Assembly (NCBI GenBank): GCA_951812735.1
Contig: OX638332.1
Coordinates: 18,508 to 82,507 of the forward strand
Length of the DNA: 64,000 bases
Direction of reading: 5' to 3'
From: Candidatus Dadabacteria bacterium
GTDB lineage: Bacteria > Desulfobacterota_D > UBA1144 > Nemesobacterales > Nemesobacteraceae
Position 1 is the first letter of the stretch. Each line of letters starts with the position of its first letter. Under the pieces are notes generated by a model that was given only the letters and a program-made list of their open reading frames with translations, did no database searches and was not told where the DNA came from. The position numbers and the translations under genes are program-made. Positions 56,033 through 64,000 of this stretch are shown here, piece after piece.

Positions 56033-56193
56033 TGAAGAAATGCTAAAAACTTAAATTTGCGAAAAATTCCGAACACTACCTGAAACCCCCATGTTTTTAT
56101 TGCATTTCAACTTCAGCTTTGATTTAATAAGGTGACTTTTGGCCGTCATTTGTTATTTAAGTGCGGTAAAAAATTATTGGAGGGGTAATTAGC

Positions 56194-57651
56194 GTGAAGA
56201 TTAAAATACACGGGATTTTCTTAAGTTTGTTTTTTGCACTTGGTGTTAGTTTCTTATTCGGCACCGAAACGTCCGCTCATGAATACAGGGGTTATTCCCA
56301 CAGGTCGGACCTCGATGTAAGTGCGGAAAACGTCGGTATTGGAGATGTAGATTATGCGGATTCCATAGAAAAAATAACTCTTCACATAGCAGAGCACATT
56401 GCCCTGATTCAGGGGGACTCAAGCCTCAGCCGCCCGGAGCAAGCCAAAGAATTGGTGATACTGGCACAACGGACGAGGGAGCGTGGGGTCTTCAATAACG
56501 GCGAGGTCTACTTCATACTTGTAAATCCCGAGGGATATATAGTAAATCACGGGTTGTATTCCGACCTGCATTTCAGCAAGTATCTCCCTTCTTTCGAGTT
56601 TAGAGATGAGAGCGGCATGACGACCGGAACTGTGCAGACACTGCTCGACAGCGAGGGCGAGGACCCGACATGCGTAGATTACCACTATGACGGACAAGAT
56701 AGAAAGGTATGTGCAATGGGTACGGAGGTCTTCTCCGCCGGTGGCCATACAATCATTGTAATGGGTCTTCATCACGCAAAGGATGACTATGATCTAATCG
56801 AGAGAGACAATCCTAACTGCAATGACCCCCTGTTTAGCCTTCCCGTCACTGCAAAGCAGGTCAACGATGAGGAAGACCCGGAAGAGAAGGAAGAACTTCT
56901 CAAGCAATATGTAAAAGCAGTTGCCGAGAAATTCAAAGAACGTCAGGACAGGGTAGCATCGGAACTACTCGAAGATGACCCTGACCTCGTCCGTCTTGCC
57001 ACAGGACTTGTTCAGGACAGCACACCGGAACAGATACAGTCTGCGGGGGAAGAACTCGAAGAAGAATCTGTCCGGATATCTCTCAGGACAACAGGCTGTA
57101 TCGGCAAAGGAGATTACAGCGAGGGTTCTATATATCCTTTCATGCTGGAACCAGTCGAGGGCCTCGCTGTTCTAAACGGACTTGATTTTCATCTCTACGG
57201 AGTAAGCGTCTCGTTAACCGACCCTGACCCGATTCAGTGCGACGGAGCAAATATTCTGGAGGCTTTTCGCAATGTAGTGACAGATGGAAGCGGAGACCTA
57301 GCGGATTTGGCAGTGGGGAATAACGGCTTCGTTACGTATCATTGGGACCACCCCGAGCTTGAGGACAACAACGAGGGATATCTTGAAAAAGACGAAGTCC
57401 CAGGCTTCTCCATAAAGAAAAGCTATATTGAGGTGATAGACGTAACACCACCTGAGTTTTCCGCTCTTGCTCCTCCGTCTTGGCGTATCGTCGGTTCAGG
57501 AATTTATCTCGACGACGCAGAATACTGTAAAGAGGGGGACGAAGGGTGCGCAATTGCCGCAACCGCCAATACGCCTCAAAGCACTTTGCTTAACCTGTTT
57601 TTGATAGCGTCCGTCTTGTTCTCGGCTGTTTTCTTGAGAAAGCATATTTAG
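56194..57651 (+). CDS. Secreted, C-terminally membrane-anchored protein. It has a split Cache_2-like sensor fold interrupted by an acidic insertion of about 200 aa. No output domain.
   Basis: Signal peptide. GEVYFILVNPEGYIVNHG (Cache N-terminal strand motif). GFVTYHWDHP...KKSYIEVI...WRIVGSGIYLDD (Cache_2 C-terminal motif). C-terminal TM plus RKHI. AT-rich. Confidence 0.55.
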   Translation: MKIKIHGIFLSLFFALGVSFLFGTETSAHEYRGYSHRSDLDVSAENVGIGDVDYADSIEKITLHIAEHIALIQGDSSLSRPEQAKELVILAQRTRERGVFNNGEVYFILVNPEGYIVNHGLYSDLHFSKYLPSFEFRDESGMTTGTVQTLLDSEGEDPTCVDYHYDGQDRKVCAMGTEVFSAGGHTIIVMGLHHAKDDYDLIERDNPNCNDPLFSLPVTAKQVNDEEDPEEKEELLKQYVKAVAEKFKERQDRVASELLEDDPDLVRLATGLVQDSTPEQIQSAGEELEEESVRISLRTTGCIGKGDYSEGSIYPFMLEPVEGLAVLNGLDFHLYGVSVSLTDPDPIQCDGANILEAFRNVVTDGSGDLADLAVGNNGFVTYHWDHPELEDNNEGYLEKDEVPGFSIKKSYIEVIDVTPPEFSALAPPSWRIVGSGIYLDDAEYCKEGDEGCAIAATANTPQSTLLNLFLIASVLFSAVFLRKHI

Positions 57652-57831
57652 ACAGAGCAGGCGAAACGAAGGAACTGGGAATTCTCTCCCGGCTGGATAT
57701 ACCCCTCCCCGAATTTTCCCTTGACAACACATCGGTTTTTGCTAGAATTAAAAAGAAATTTAGACAAGGCTAAAATAATTTTTTGCCTGTATGAATCTTA
57801 GGCGATCTTTTTGGAGATTAGAGAGGAAAAA

Positions 57832-58491
57832 ATGCTTTCGCAGTCAATAGAAGATTACCTCAAAGCCATTTACGAGATTGAGAGTTCCGAAGGGAAGGTT
57901 TCAACAAGCGCGCTTTCGGAAAAACTGGGCGTGTCCCCGGCTTCGGTGACAAGCATGGTGAAAAAGCTCTCTGAGAGAAAGCTCATAACCCACAAGCGCT
58001 ACCAGGGAGTGAAGCTTACCCCCGCGGGCAGGAAAATAGCCCTTGAAATAATCAGGCACCACAGGCTTGTTGAGCTTTACCTCAAGGAGGCGCTCGGAGT
58101 TCCCTGGGATCAAGTGCACCAGGAAGCCGAAAAATGGGAGCATGTGCTCTCGGAGGATCTTGAGGACAGGATTGACAAGTTCCTGGGCTATCCAGTCACC
58201 GACCCGCACGGTTCTCCGATTCCGCGGCGGGACGGCACCATGATTGTAAGGCAGTGCAACGCCCTTGTGGACGTGGAGCCGGACACTCTGGTGAAAGTGG
58301 TTGAGGTGAGCGATCACGACCCGGAACTGCTTCGCTATCTGGGCGGGATAGGTCTTTACCCGGAAACCGAGATGACGGTTGTTTCGAAGCAGCCGTTTAA
58401 GGGCCCCATAATTGTTGAACTGACCGGGAAGGAGCACCCCATAGGACGAAACGCGGCCAAGTACATAATGGTTGAGAAAGCGAGAAACTGA
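57832..58491 (+). CDS. DtxR/MntR-family metal-dependent transcriptional regulator with a C-terminal FeoA/SH3-like domain.
   Basis: N-terminal wHTH (...EDYLKAIYEI...VSPASVTSMVKKL...VKLTPAGRKIA...). Metal-binding helices. 219-226 aa. Confidence 0.85.
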   Translation: MLSQSIEDYLKAIYEIESSEGKVSTSALSEKLGVSPASVTSMVKKLSERKLITHKRYQGVKLTPAGRKIALEIIRHHRLVELYLKEALGVPWDQVHQEAEKWEHVLSEDLEDRIDKFLGYPVTDPHGSPIPRRDGTMIVRQCNALVDVEPDTLVKVVEVSDHDPELLRYLGGIGLYPETEMTVVSKQPFKGPIIVELTGKEHPIGRNAAKYIMVEKARN

Positions 58492-58499
58492 GAGAAAAA

Positions 58500-59483
58500 A
58501 TGAGAGTCATAACGGGTATGCGGTTTTTGCTGCTGTCTGCGCTGCTGGTCTTCTGCGCGGCCTGCGCTGAGAGCAGCGGAAGTATAAAAAGAGAAGGCGT
58601 TATAAAGGTGGTTACGACCACGGGAATGGTCGGAGATCTTGTTAAGAACATCGCCGGGGAGGTAGTAGAAGTAACTTCCCTCATGGGGACGGGGGTTGAC
58701 CCGCATCTCTACAAGGCAAGCGCCAGGGACGTGGGGAAGCTTGCCGGCGCCGACATGATTTTCTATAATGGCCTTCATCTTGAGGGCAAGATTACGGATG
58801 TTCTGGGGCAGATGAGAAAAAGCGGAGTATTCACCGTGGGTGTCGCGGAGGGAATTGACGAGTCCCTGCTTGTTTCTCCTGAAGAATATGAAGGATATTA
58901 CGACCCGCATATCTGGTTTGACGTGGCGCTGTGGAAAAAGGCGGCTAAGGTGGTAATGGAAGCGTTTTCTCTCTACGATCCTGAAAACGCCCCCGTTTAC
59001 AGGAGCAACACTGAATCCTACCTCAAAGAACTTGACCTCCTGCAGACTTACATACAGAAGAAAATCGCCACGCTGCGACCCGAAAGAAGGGTGCTTATAA
59101 CGGCTCATGACGCGTTTAATTATTTCGGAAAGGGCTACGGCTTTGAAGTTATGGGGCTCCAGGGGATAAGCACTGATTCTGAGGCCAGCGTCGCGGACAT
59201 AAAGAACCTCTCAAAGACAATCACCGAGCGGAAAATTCCAGCCGTTTTCGTTGAGACTTCGATCTCTCCAAGATACATGCGCGCCCTCAGGGCCTCTGTA
59301 AAGGCAAGAGGTTTTGATGTTCGTATAGGCGGCAGCCTTTACTCCGATTCAATGGGCAGCCCGGAAACGGAAGAAGGCAGCTACATAGGGATGTTCAAGA
59401 GCAACGTGGATACGATAGTTGAGTCACTTAGCCGCAGTATCGAAGTTGCCGACTCCGAAGCCAAGGCCGCCGGAGATGGGTGA
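58500..59483 (+). CDS. Metal (Mn/Zn/Fe) ABC transporter substrate-binding protein (TroA/MntC/ZnuA cluster-9 family).
   Basis: Lipoprotein signal ...FCAAC. ...DPHIWFDV... and ...HDAFNYF... are conserved His ligand regions. Confidence 0.85.
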   Translation: MRVITGMRFLLLSALLVFCAACAESSGSIKREGVIKVVTTTGMVGDLVKNIAGEVVEVTSLMGTGVDPHLYKASARDVGKLAGADMIFYNGLHLEGKITDVLGQMRKSGVFTVGVAEGIDESLLVSPEEYEGYYDPHIWFDVALWKKAAKVVMEAFSLYDPENAPVYRSNTESYLKELDLLQTYIQKKIATLRPERRVLITAHDAFNYFGKGYGFEVMGLQGISTDSEASVADIKNLSKTITERKIPAVFVETSISPRYMRALRASVKARGFDVRIGGSLYSDSMGSPETEEGSYIGMFKSNVDTIVESLSRSIEVADSEAKAAGDG

Positions 59484-60259
59484 TGAGCGGAAGAGGGGAA
59501 AATCCGGTCGCTCCGGCGATCCGTGTGACGGACCTCACGGTTGCTTACGGCGACAAGACCGTTCTTTGGGATATAGATCTTGAAATTCCAAAGGGATCGA
59601 TGGTTGCAGTTGTGGGGCCAAACGGCGCCGGCAAGACAACGCTCATAAAATCCATACAGGGTCTTCTTCCCCGCGTCGCGGGGGTCATATCCATCCACGG
59701 CAAATCTTACGAAAAGCAGAGAAAAGAAGTCAGTTACGTTCCCCAGAGAGGTTCTGTGGACTGGGATTTTCCAACGTCCGTTGTGGATACGGTGAAAATG
59801 GGAAGTTACGGGGACCTTGGATGGATAAGGCGTCCCGGAAGAAAGGAACACGAAAAGGCGCTCGGTGCGCTTGAGAAAGTCGATATGCTTGAGTTTGCCC
59901 AGAGGCAGATAAGCCAGCTCTCGGGGGGACAGCAGCAGAGGGTCTTTCTCGCGAGAGCCCTTGTTCAGAGTGCCTCGGTCTATCTGCTTGATGAGCCTTT
60001 CCAGGGGGTTGACGCCACGACCGAAAAAGCGATAGTCACGATACTGAAAGAGCTTGTCGGCGGGGGGAAGACGGTGCTCGCGGTTCATCACGACCTTAAC
60101 ACAGTTTCCGAGTACTACGAACGTATTGCCATTCTTAACGTGGGGCTTGTGGCATCGGGAAGGGTGGAGGATGTTTTCAATTCCGAGAACCTGATGAAGG
60201 CTTACGGGGGCAAAACCTCCTTTTTCCCCGAGAGAAAAGCGGCCAAAAGGGCAGTGTGA
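59480..60259 (+). CDS. Metal ABC transporter ATP-binding protein.
   Basis: Walker A GPNGAGKTT, signature LSGGQQQR, Walker B LLDEP. Confidence 0.9.
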   Translation: MMSGRGENPVAPAIRVTDLTVAYGDKTVLWDIDLEIPKGSMVAVVGPNGAGKTTLIKSIQGLLPRVAGVISIHGKSYEKQRKEVSYVPQRGSVDWDFPTSVVDTVKMGSYGDLGWIRRPGRKEHEKALGALEKVDMLEFAQRQISQLSGGQQQRVFLARALVQSASVYLLDEPFQGVDATTEKAIVTILKELVGGGKTVLAVHHDLNTVSEYYERIAILNVGLVASGRVEDVFNSENLMKAYGGKTSFFPERKAAKRAV

Positions 60260-61383
60260 TGCTTGAATTTGCGGTTGAGCTTTTCTCTGACTATACGGCC
60301 AGGACCATTTTGCTTGGAGCGGCTTCTCTCGGAGTCGTAAGCGGCGTGGTGGGCTCGTACGCGGTGCTTAGAAAGCAGAGCCTCGTGGGTGACGTCATGT
60401 CTCACGCGGCGCTTCCCGGAATAGTGCTTGCCTTCATGATAGTGGGAGTTAAGGAACAGCTCCCGATTTTTATCGGGGCCGCTCTCTCCGCCGTTCTGGC
60501 GGTTTTTGTAATCAATCTCGTAACGCGGAATTCAAGGGTAAAGACTGACAGCGCTATGGGAATAGCGCTTTCGGTTTTTTTCGGGCTGGGGCTTGTTCTT
60601 TTAACCTACGTGCAGAGAATGCCCGATGCCAATCAGGCGGGGCTCGATAAGTTCCTTTTCGGTCAGGCCGAGGCGCTTGTCGAAAAAGACGTTCTGATTA
60701 TAGGTCTTACGGGTTTTTTCGCCCTTTTGGTCGTGGGACTTTTCTGGAAGGAGTTCAAGCTTCTCTGTTTCGACCCGGATTTCGGCGGGACCATGGGTTT
60801 TTCCATGAAGTCTCTCGACATACTCGTTACGGCCGTAATAGTTTCGGCAATAGTGATCGGGCTGCAGACCGTAGGGGTCGTGCTCATGAGCTCAATGCTG
60901 ATCGCTCCCGCGGTTGCGGCTAGGCAGTGGACCGGCACCATGGGTTCTATGGTGATTCTCGCGGCCATTATAGCGGCGGTCTCTGGTGTTACTGGCGTTG
61001 CGCTTAGTGCCGGGTTCGAGAACGTACCGACTGGACCCGCTGTTATAGTCTGCGTGAGCGTCATCGCTTTTTTTTCCGTTCTTTTCTCCCCGAACGGATT
61101 TTTCACCCTGAAACTCAAAGACGCGCGAAGCAGGAGGGAAATAAAAAAGGATTACGTCCTAAAAGCCCTGCACGATCTTGCGCTTGAGCATGATGACCCC
61201 GGCTACGCGCACTCTGAGAGGCTGCTTGCGCTTGGAAGCGAGAAGGGGTTTAGCGTTAAAAAAAGTCTCTGGGCACTTCGGACGGCGGGATACGTGGAAA
61301 GTGTGGGGGAAGACAACTGGCGTCTTACCCAAAGCGGTATTCGCGAGGTTAAGAAACTTTCCCCGTTGGAGAAAGACCTATGA
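60256..61383 (+). CDS. ABC-3 family metal transporter permease with a C-terminal DtxR-like winged-helix extension of about 90 aa.
   Basis: TM core of about 280 aa. The tail KDYVLKALHDL...SVKKSLWALRTAGYVESVGEDNWRLTQSGIREV aligns by eye with the wHTH of the adjacent DtxR regulator. Confidence 0.8.
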   Translation: MMLEFAVELFSDYTARTILLGAASLGVVSGVVGSYAVLRKQSLVGDVMSHAALPGIVLAFMIVGVKEQLPIFIGAALSAVLAVFVINLVTRNSRVKTDSAMGIALSVFFGLGLVLLTYVQRMPDANQAGLDKFLFGQAEALVEKDVLIIGLTGFFALLVVGLFWKEFKLLCFDPDFGGTMGFSMKSLDILVTAVIVSAIVIGLQTVGVVLMSSMLIAPAVAARQWTGTMGSMVILAAIIAAVSGVTGVALSAGFENVPTGPAVIVCVSVIAFFSVLFSPNGFFTLKLKDARSRREIKKDYVLKALHDLALEHDDPGYAHSERLLALGSEKGFSVKKSLWALRTAGYVESVGEDNWRLTQSGIREVKKLSPLEKDL

Positions 61384-62480
61384 GTCCGCATCAGTTCGAT
61401 ATACAGCTGGTAGCCATTATAGTGGCGGCTTCATGCTCCATACCCGGGGCGTTTCTTGTTCTCAGAAGAATGTCCATGATGACCGATGCGATCAGCCACT
61501 CCATTCTGCTCGGCATAATACTCGCTTTTTTCCTCGTAAAGGACTTGTCGTCGCCGATTCTCATAATAGGGGCTGCCGCAAGCGGAGTGCTTGCGATTTC
61601 CCTCATAGAGGCGGTCAACCGCTCAAGGCTGGTGAAAAAGGACGCGTCCATAGGAATCGTCTTCCCGTTTCTTTTCAGCGTGGCGGTCATACTGCTTTCC
61701 AAATACGCGCGAAACGTGCATATCGACACCCACTCCGTGCTTCTTGGGGAGATAGCGTTTGCTCCTTTTGACCGGTTCATTCTCTCGGGGATGGACATGG
61801 GACCCAAATCGGCCTACGTGATGGGTTCAATTCTTCTTTTGAACCTGTTTTTTATCTCCTTTTTCTACAAGGAACTCAAGGTGTCGACTTTTGACGAGAG
61901 CTTCGCGTCGTCAATAGGCTTTCGTCCCCGCCTGATTCACTATCTGCTTATGGCGGTCGTGTCGTTTACCTGCGTGGGAGCGTTTGACGCCGTGGGCTCG
62001 ATACTGGTTATAGCTCTCATAGTGATTCCGCCTTGCTGCGCCTATCTTCTTACGGATTCGCTTTCCAGGATGATTTTCCTGAGCGTGGTTTTCGGCATTT
62101 CGGCTGCCATCTCCGGATTCTGGGTCGCCAACTGGCTTGACGTAAACATAGCGGGCTCAATGGCCTTTGTGTGCGGTGTGTTTTTCCTTGTGGTTTTTCT
62201 CCTTGCTCCAGAAAGGGGACTTTTCGGCATAATGAGAGAAAAAAGGAGACAGAGAATGGATTTTGCCGAGGCCTCGCTTCTCGTGAGTCTCTACAATCAG
62301 GAAAAAGGGGAAGCGGTAAAAAACCATCCCGACAGCAGGGGGATGTTTCAGTCCACTGACTTCGCCTCGAAAGTGGTCGGGTTTCTAAAAGGGAAGGGGG
62401 AAATAGCCGTTACGGGTGGAGGGCTTTTTCTTACTGAGAAAGGAAGAGAAAGAGCACGGATGACTTTGGAAGGGAGATAG
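61380..62480 (+). CDS. Second ABC-3 permease, also with a C-terminal DtxR-like wHTH extension.
   Basis: TM core. The tail ...FASKVVGFLKGKGEIAVTGGGLFLTEKGRERARMTL is wHTH-like. Confidence 0.8.
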   Translation: MSPHQFDIQLVAIIVAASCSIPGAFLVLRRMSMMTDAISHSILLGIILAFFLVKDLSSPILIIGAAASGVLAISLIEAVNRSRLVKKDASIGIVFPFLFSVAVILLSKYARNVHIDTHSVLLGEIAFAPFDRFILSGMDMGPKSAYVMGSILLLNLFFISFFYKELKVSTFDESFASSIGFRPRLIHYLLMAVVSFTCVGAFDAVGSILVIALIVIPPCCAYLLTDSLSRMIFLSVVFGISAAISGFWVANWLDVNIAGSMAFVCGVFFLVVFLLAPERGLFGIMREKRRQRMDFAEASLLVSLYNQEKGEAVKNHPDSRGMFQSTDFASKVVGFLKGKGEIAVTGGGLFLTEKGRERARMTLEGR

Positions 62481-62510
62481 TTTGCGGCAATGAACGGAGA
62501 AAGGCCTAGC

Positions 62511-63200
62511 TCATAGTATTTCAATTTCCTCCGCATCCACGGTCTTACCTATGAGCAGTTCCCCCTTATGTACCCTGATCTTGCGTCCCTCGACTATTTC
62601 TTCACACGGAAGATTTCGTTCGTCGTCTCTTTCTATATTTGTTCCTGATGTTAGATTGACTGCTACTTCTGTTTCGCTGCCCTCAGATGATATTGTTACC
62701 TTTATGCTTCCGGTCTTTGAGGTCTCACTAAAACAGTTTTTCGAGTCTACCTGCCCCTCAAAATCTACGTTAATGTAACCATAGTTTGTGACTCCATTCT
62801 CGATGGAGATATCTTGAATGTCGACCGTCGCCCCGGGGAAAACGGGAACCCTTATCGTGCCTAGCGGAGGATTTTCATTCCCGCTCTCAAGAATTTCAAG
62901 CTCAGCTGTTGGATCGAGATTACCCTCTATGTAAAAATCGTTCCCTATAGAGGTTGTATCCTCGCAGCAAGCTACTGTTTCGTTTACTACACTTGCTCTC
63001 ACAATAAGGTTTGAATTTCTGTCTATATCTGGAATTTCCTTGATGAATCCCATAATTACTTCATTTTCTTCCACATCATCGTCATTCCCGGTTCCGCCCC
63101 CAAAATCGATATCCAGGCCACATCCTGAAACTGCGAATAAGGAAATAAAAAGGAAAAACAGGTAGATTTTCACCGCGCTTGCGCGGGTTTCGGTATGCAT
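62511..63200 (-). CDS. Hypothetical acidic lipoprotein (AT-rich).
   Basis: Signal plus lipobox FAVSGC. No recognisable domains. Confidence 0.45.
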   Translation of the reverse strand: MHTETRASAVKIYLFFLFISLFAVSGCGLDIDFGGGTGNDDDVEENEVIMGFIKEIPDIDRNSNLIVRASVVNETVACCEDTTSIGNDFYIEGNLDPTAELEILESGNENPPLGTIRVPVFPGATVDIQDISIENGVTNYGYINVDFEGQVDSKNCFSETSKTGSIKVTISSEGSETEVAVNLTSGTNIERDDERNLPCEEIVEGRKIRVHKGELLIGKTVDAEEIEIL

Positions 63201-63314
63201 TACGATCCTCTGATTTTTAGTTTGCTTACGGTAAATGATAACATGAAATTTGTATTAGTTTATTTTTCCGTTCCGCTCTAACGTTCCGGGCATTCTACCT
63301 CAATATCCGCCGAT

Positions 63315-64000
63315 ATGAAAAAAACAAACGTACTTTTTATCAACCACTCGGTAAGGGATGGAGGACCGGGAAGAAGTCTCCTCTACATACTTAAGTATAT
63401 CGACCGGGAAAAAATAAATCCATTTGTGCTTGTCCCGAAACACGACATATTTTCTGAGAGCCTGAAATCCGAGGGCATTTTTGAAAACGTCATAGTCGAC
63501 CCCAGGTTTCCCGAGAACATACAGAAATCAACAGTGGTAGCGGATACCAAACGGGCCCCTGGTCTGCTAAGAGTTTTCTCCATAGTCGTAAACATAGTGA
63601 ACATGCTCCGTCTGCTCTGCGATTCCCCGAAGATAGTCAGGCAGAATGGAATCGACATTATCTACTGCAACGGAACCCTCGCCAAAATTGTTGGAACTCT
63701 GATCGGAAGAAAAAATAAAAAACCCGTTATCTGGCATGTAAGGAACATACAGCAGACATGGTTTATGAAATCTCTCATGGAAACACTCTCGGGGTTTCAG
63801 TGCGTGAAAAAGATAGTATGCGTTTCCCGGGCCACGGCCGAGCCGTTTAAGAGAGTAAAAAGCAAGGTTCACGTCGTCTATAACGGCATCGACCCTTCGG
63901 ATTTCGACAGGGACTCTATACGGGGTTCTCTTAGAGAGGAGTTCTCCATACCCGCTGATACTGTGCTCGTCGGAAACACAGGAAGGGTCGTCCCCAGAAA
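63315..64000 (+). CDS. Family 1 (GT4-type) glycosyltransferase, N-terminal part. It runs off the window end.
   Basis: MKKTNVLFINHSVRDGGPGRSLLYILKYID... is typical of a GT4 N-terminal domain. Open to the window end, so the ORF track does not list it. Confidence 0.6.
   Translation, partial: MKKTNVLFINHSVRDGGPGRSLLYILKYIDREKINPFVLVPKHDIFSESLKSEGIFENVIVDPRFPENIQKSTVVADTKRAPGLLRVFSIVVNIVNMLRLLCDSPKIVRQNGIDIIYCNGTLAKIVGTLIGRKNKKPVIWHVRNIQQTWFMKSLMETLSGFQCVKKIVCVSRATAEPFKRVKSKVHVVYNGIDPSDFDRDSIRGSLREEFSIPADTVLVGNTGRVVPR

Larger units (their letters stand above)
54673..56068 (+). mobile_element. IS256-family insertion sequence (about 1.4 kb) with imperfect terminal inverted repeats.
   Basis: IRL TCTTTCGCAAATT...CATTTCTTC (54675-54709). 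IRR GAAGAAATG...AAATTTGCGAAA (56034-56064), seen as a reverse complement. Carries one transposase gene. Boundaries are good to about plus or minus 5 bp; target duplication was not determined. Confidence 0.7.

Overview
Bacterial chromosomal segment, about 52-55% GC by eye (not computed). The 16S sequence suggests an uncultivated lineage, and I do not assign taxonomy.

Layout, left to right:
- A 3'-truncated cysS on the minus strand.
- A complete 16S - tRNA-Ile(GAU) - tRNA-Ala(UGC) - 23S rRNA operon on the plus strand. It has boxA-like elements in the leader and the spacer, and a long 23S processing stem. No 5S gene is linked. A vapBC toxin-antitoxin pair sits directly 3' of the 23S.
- A mostly housekeeping backbone: rmuC, fabL-like enoyl-ACP reductase, dapB, tgt-yajC-secD-secF, pheS, dcd, gyrB, an isolated nuoG-nuoH pair, tatA, an MFS transporter, hisS, trxA, an RND efflux pair, fumC, addB-addA, and a Tro/Mnt-type metal ABC transporter with a DtxR regulator.
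- Interspersed accessory or compositionally atypical genes:
  - an AT-rich Cys-rich lipoprotein;
  - an orphan HyuB fused in frame to an M19 dipeptidase, downstream of a lone sucD;
  - a small GIY-YIG/zinc-ribbon nuclease;
  - a GC-rich PLP decarboxylase;
  - an alpha-carbonic anhydrase without a signal peptide;
  - a BOF-like secreted protein plus a GC-rich PQQ dehydrogenase;
  - a Gp49(HigB)/HTH(HigA) toxin-antitoxin pair;
  - tRNA-Arg(CCU) followed by glutaminyl cyclase, an intact IS256-family element and a stand-alone, output-less Cache_2 protein.
- No CRISPR array was seen.

The three best candidates for something undescribed are:
1. the HyuB::M19-dipeptidase fusion, possibly co-transcribed with sucD;
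2. the two ABC-3 permeases that each carry a C-terminal DtxR-like winged-helix domain;
3. the membrane-anchored Cache_2 protein with a large acidic insertion and no output domain.
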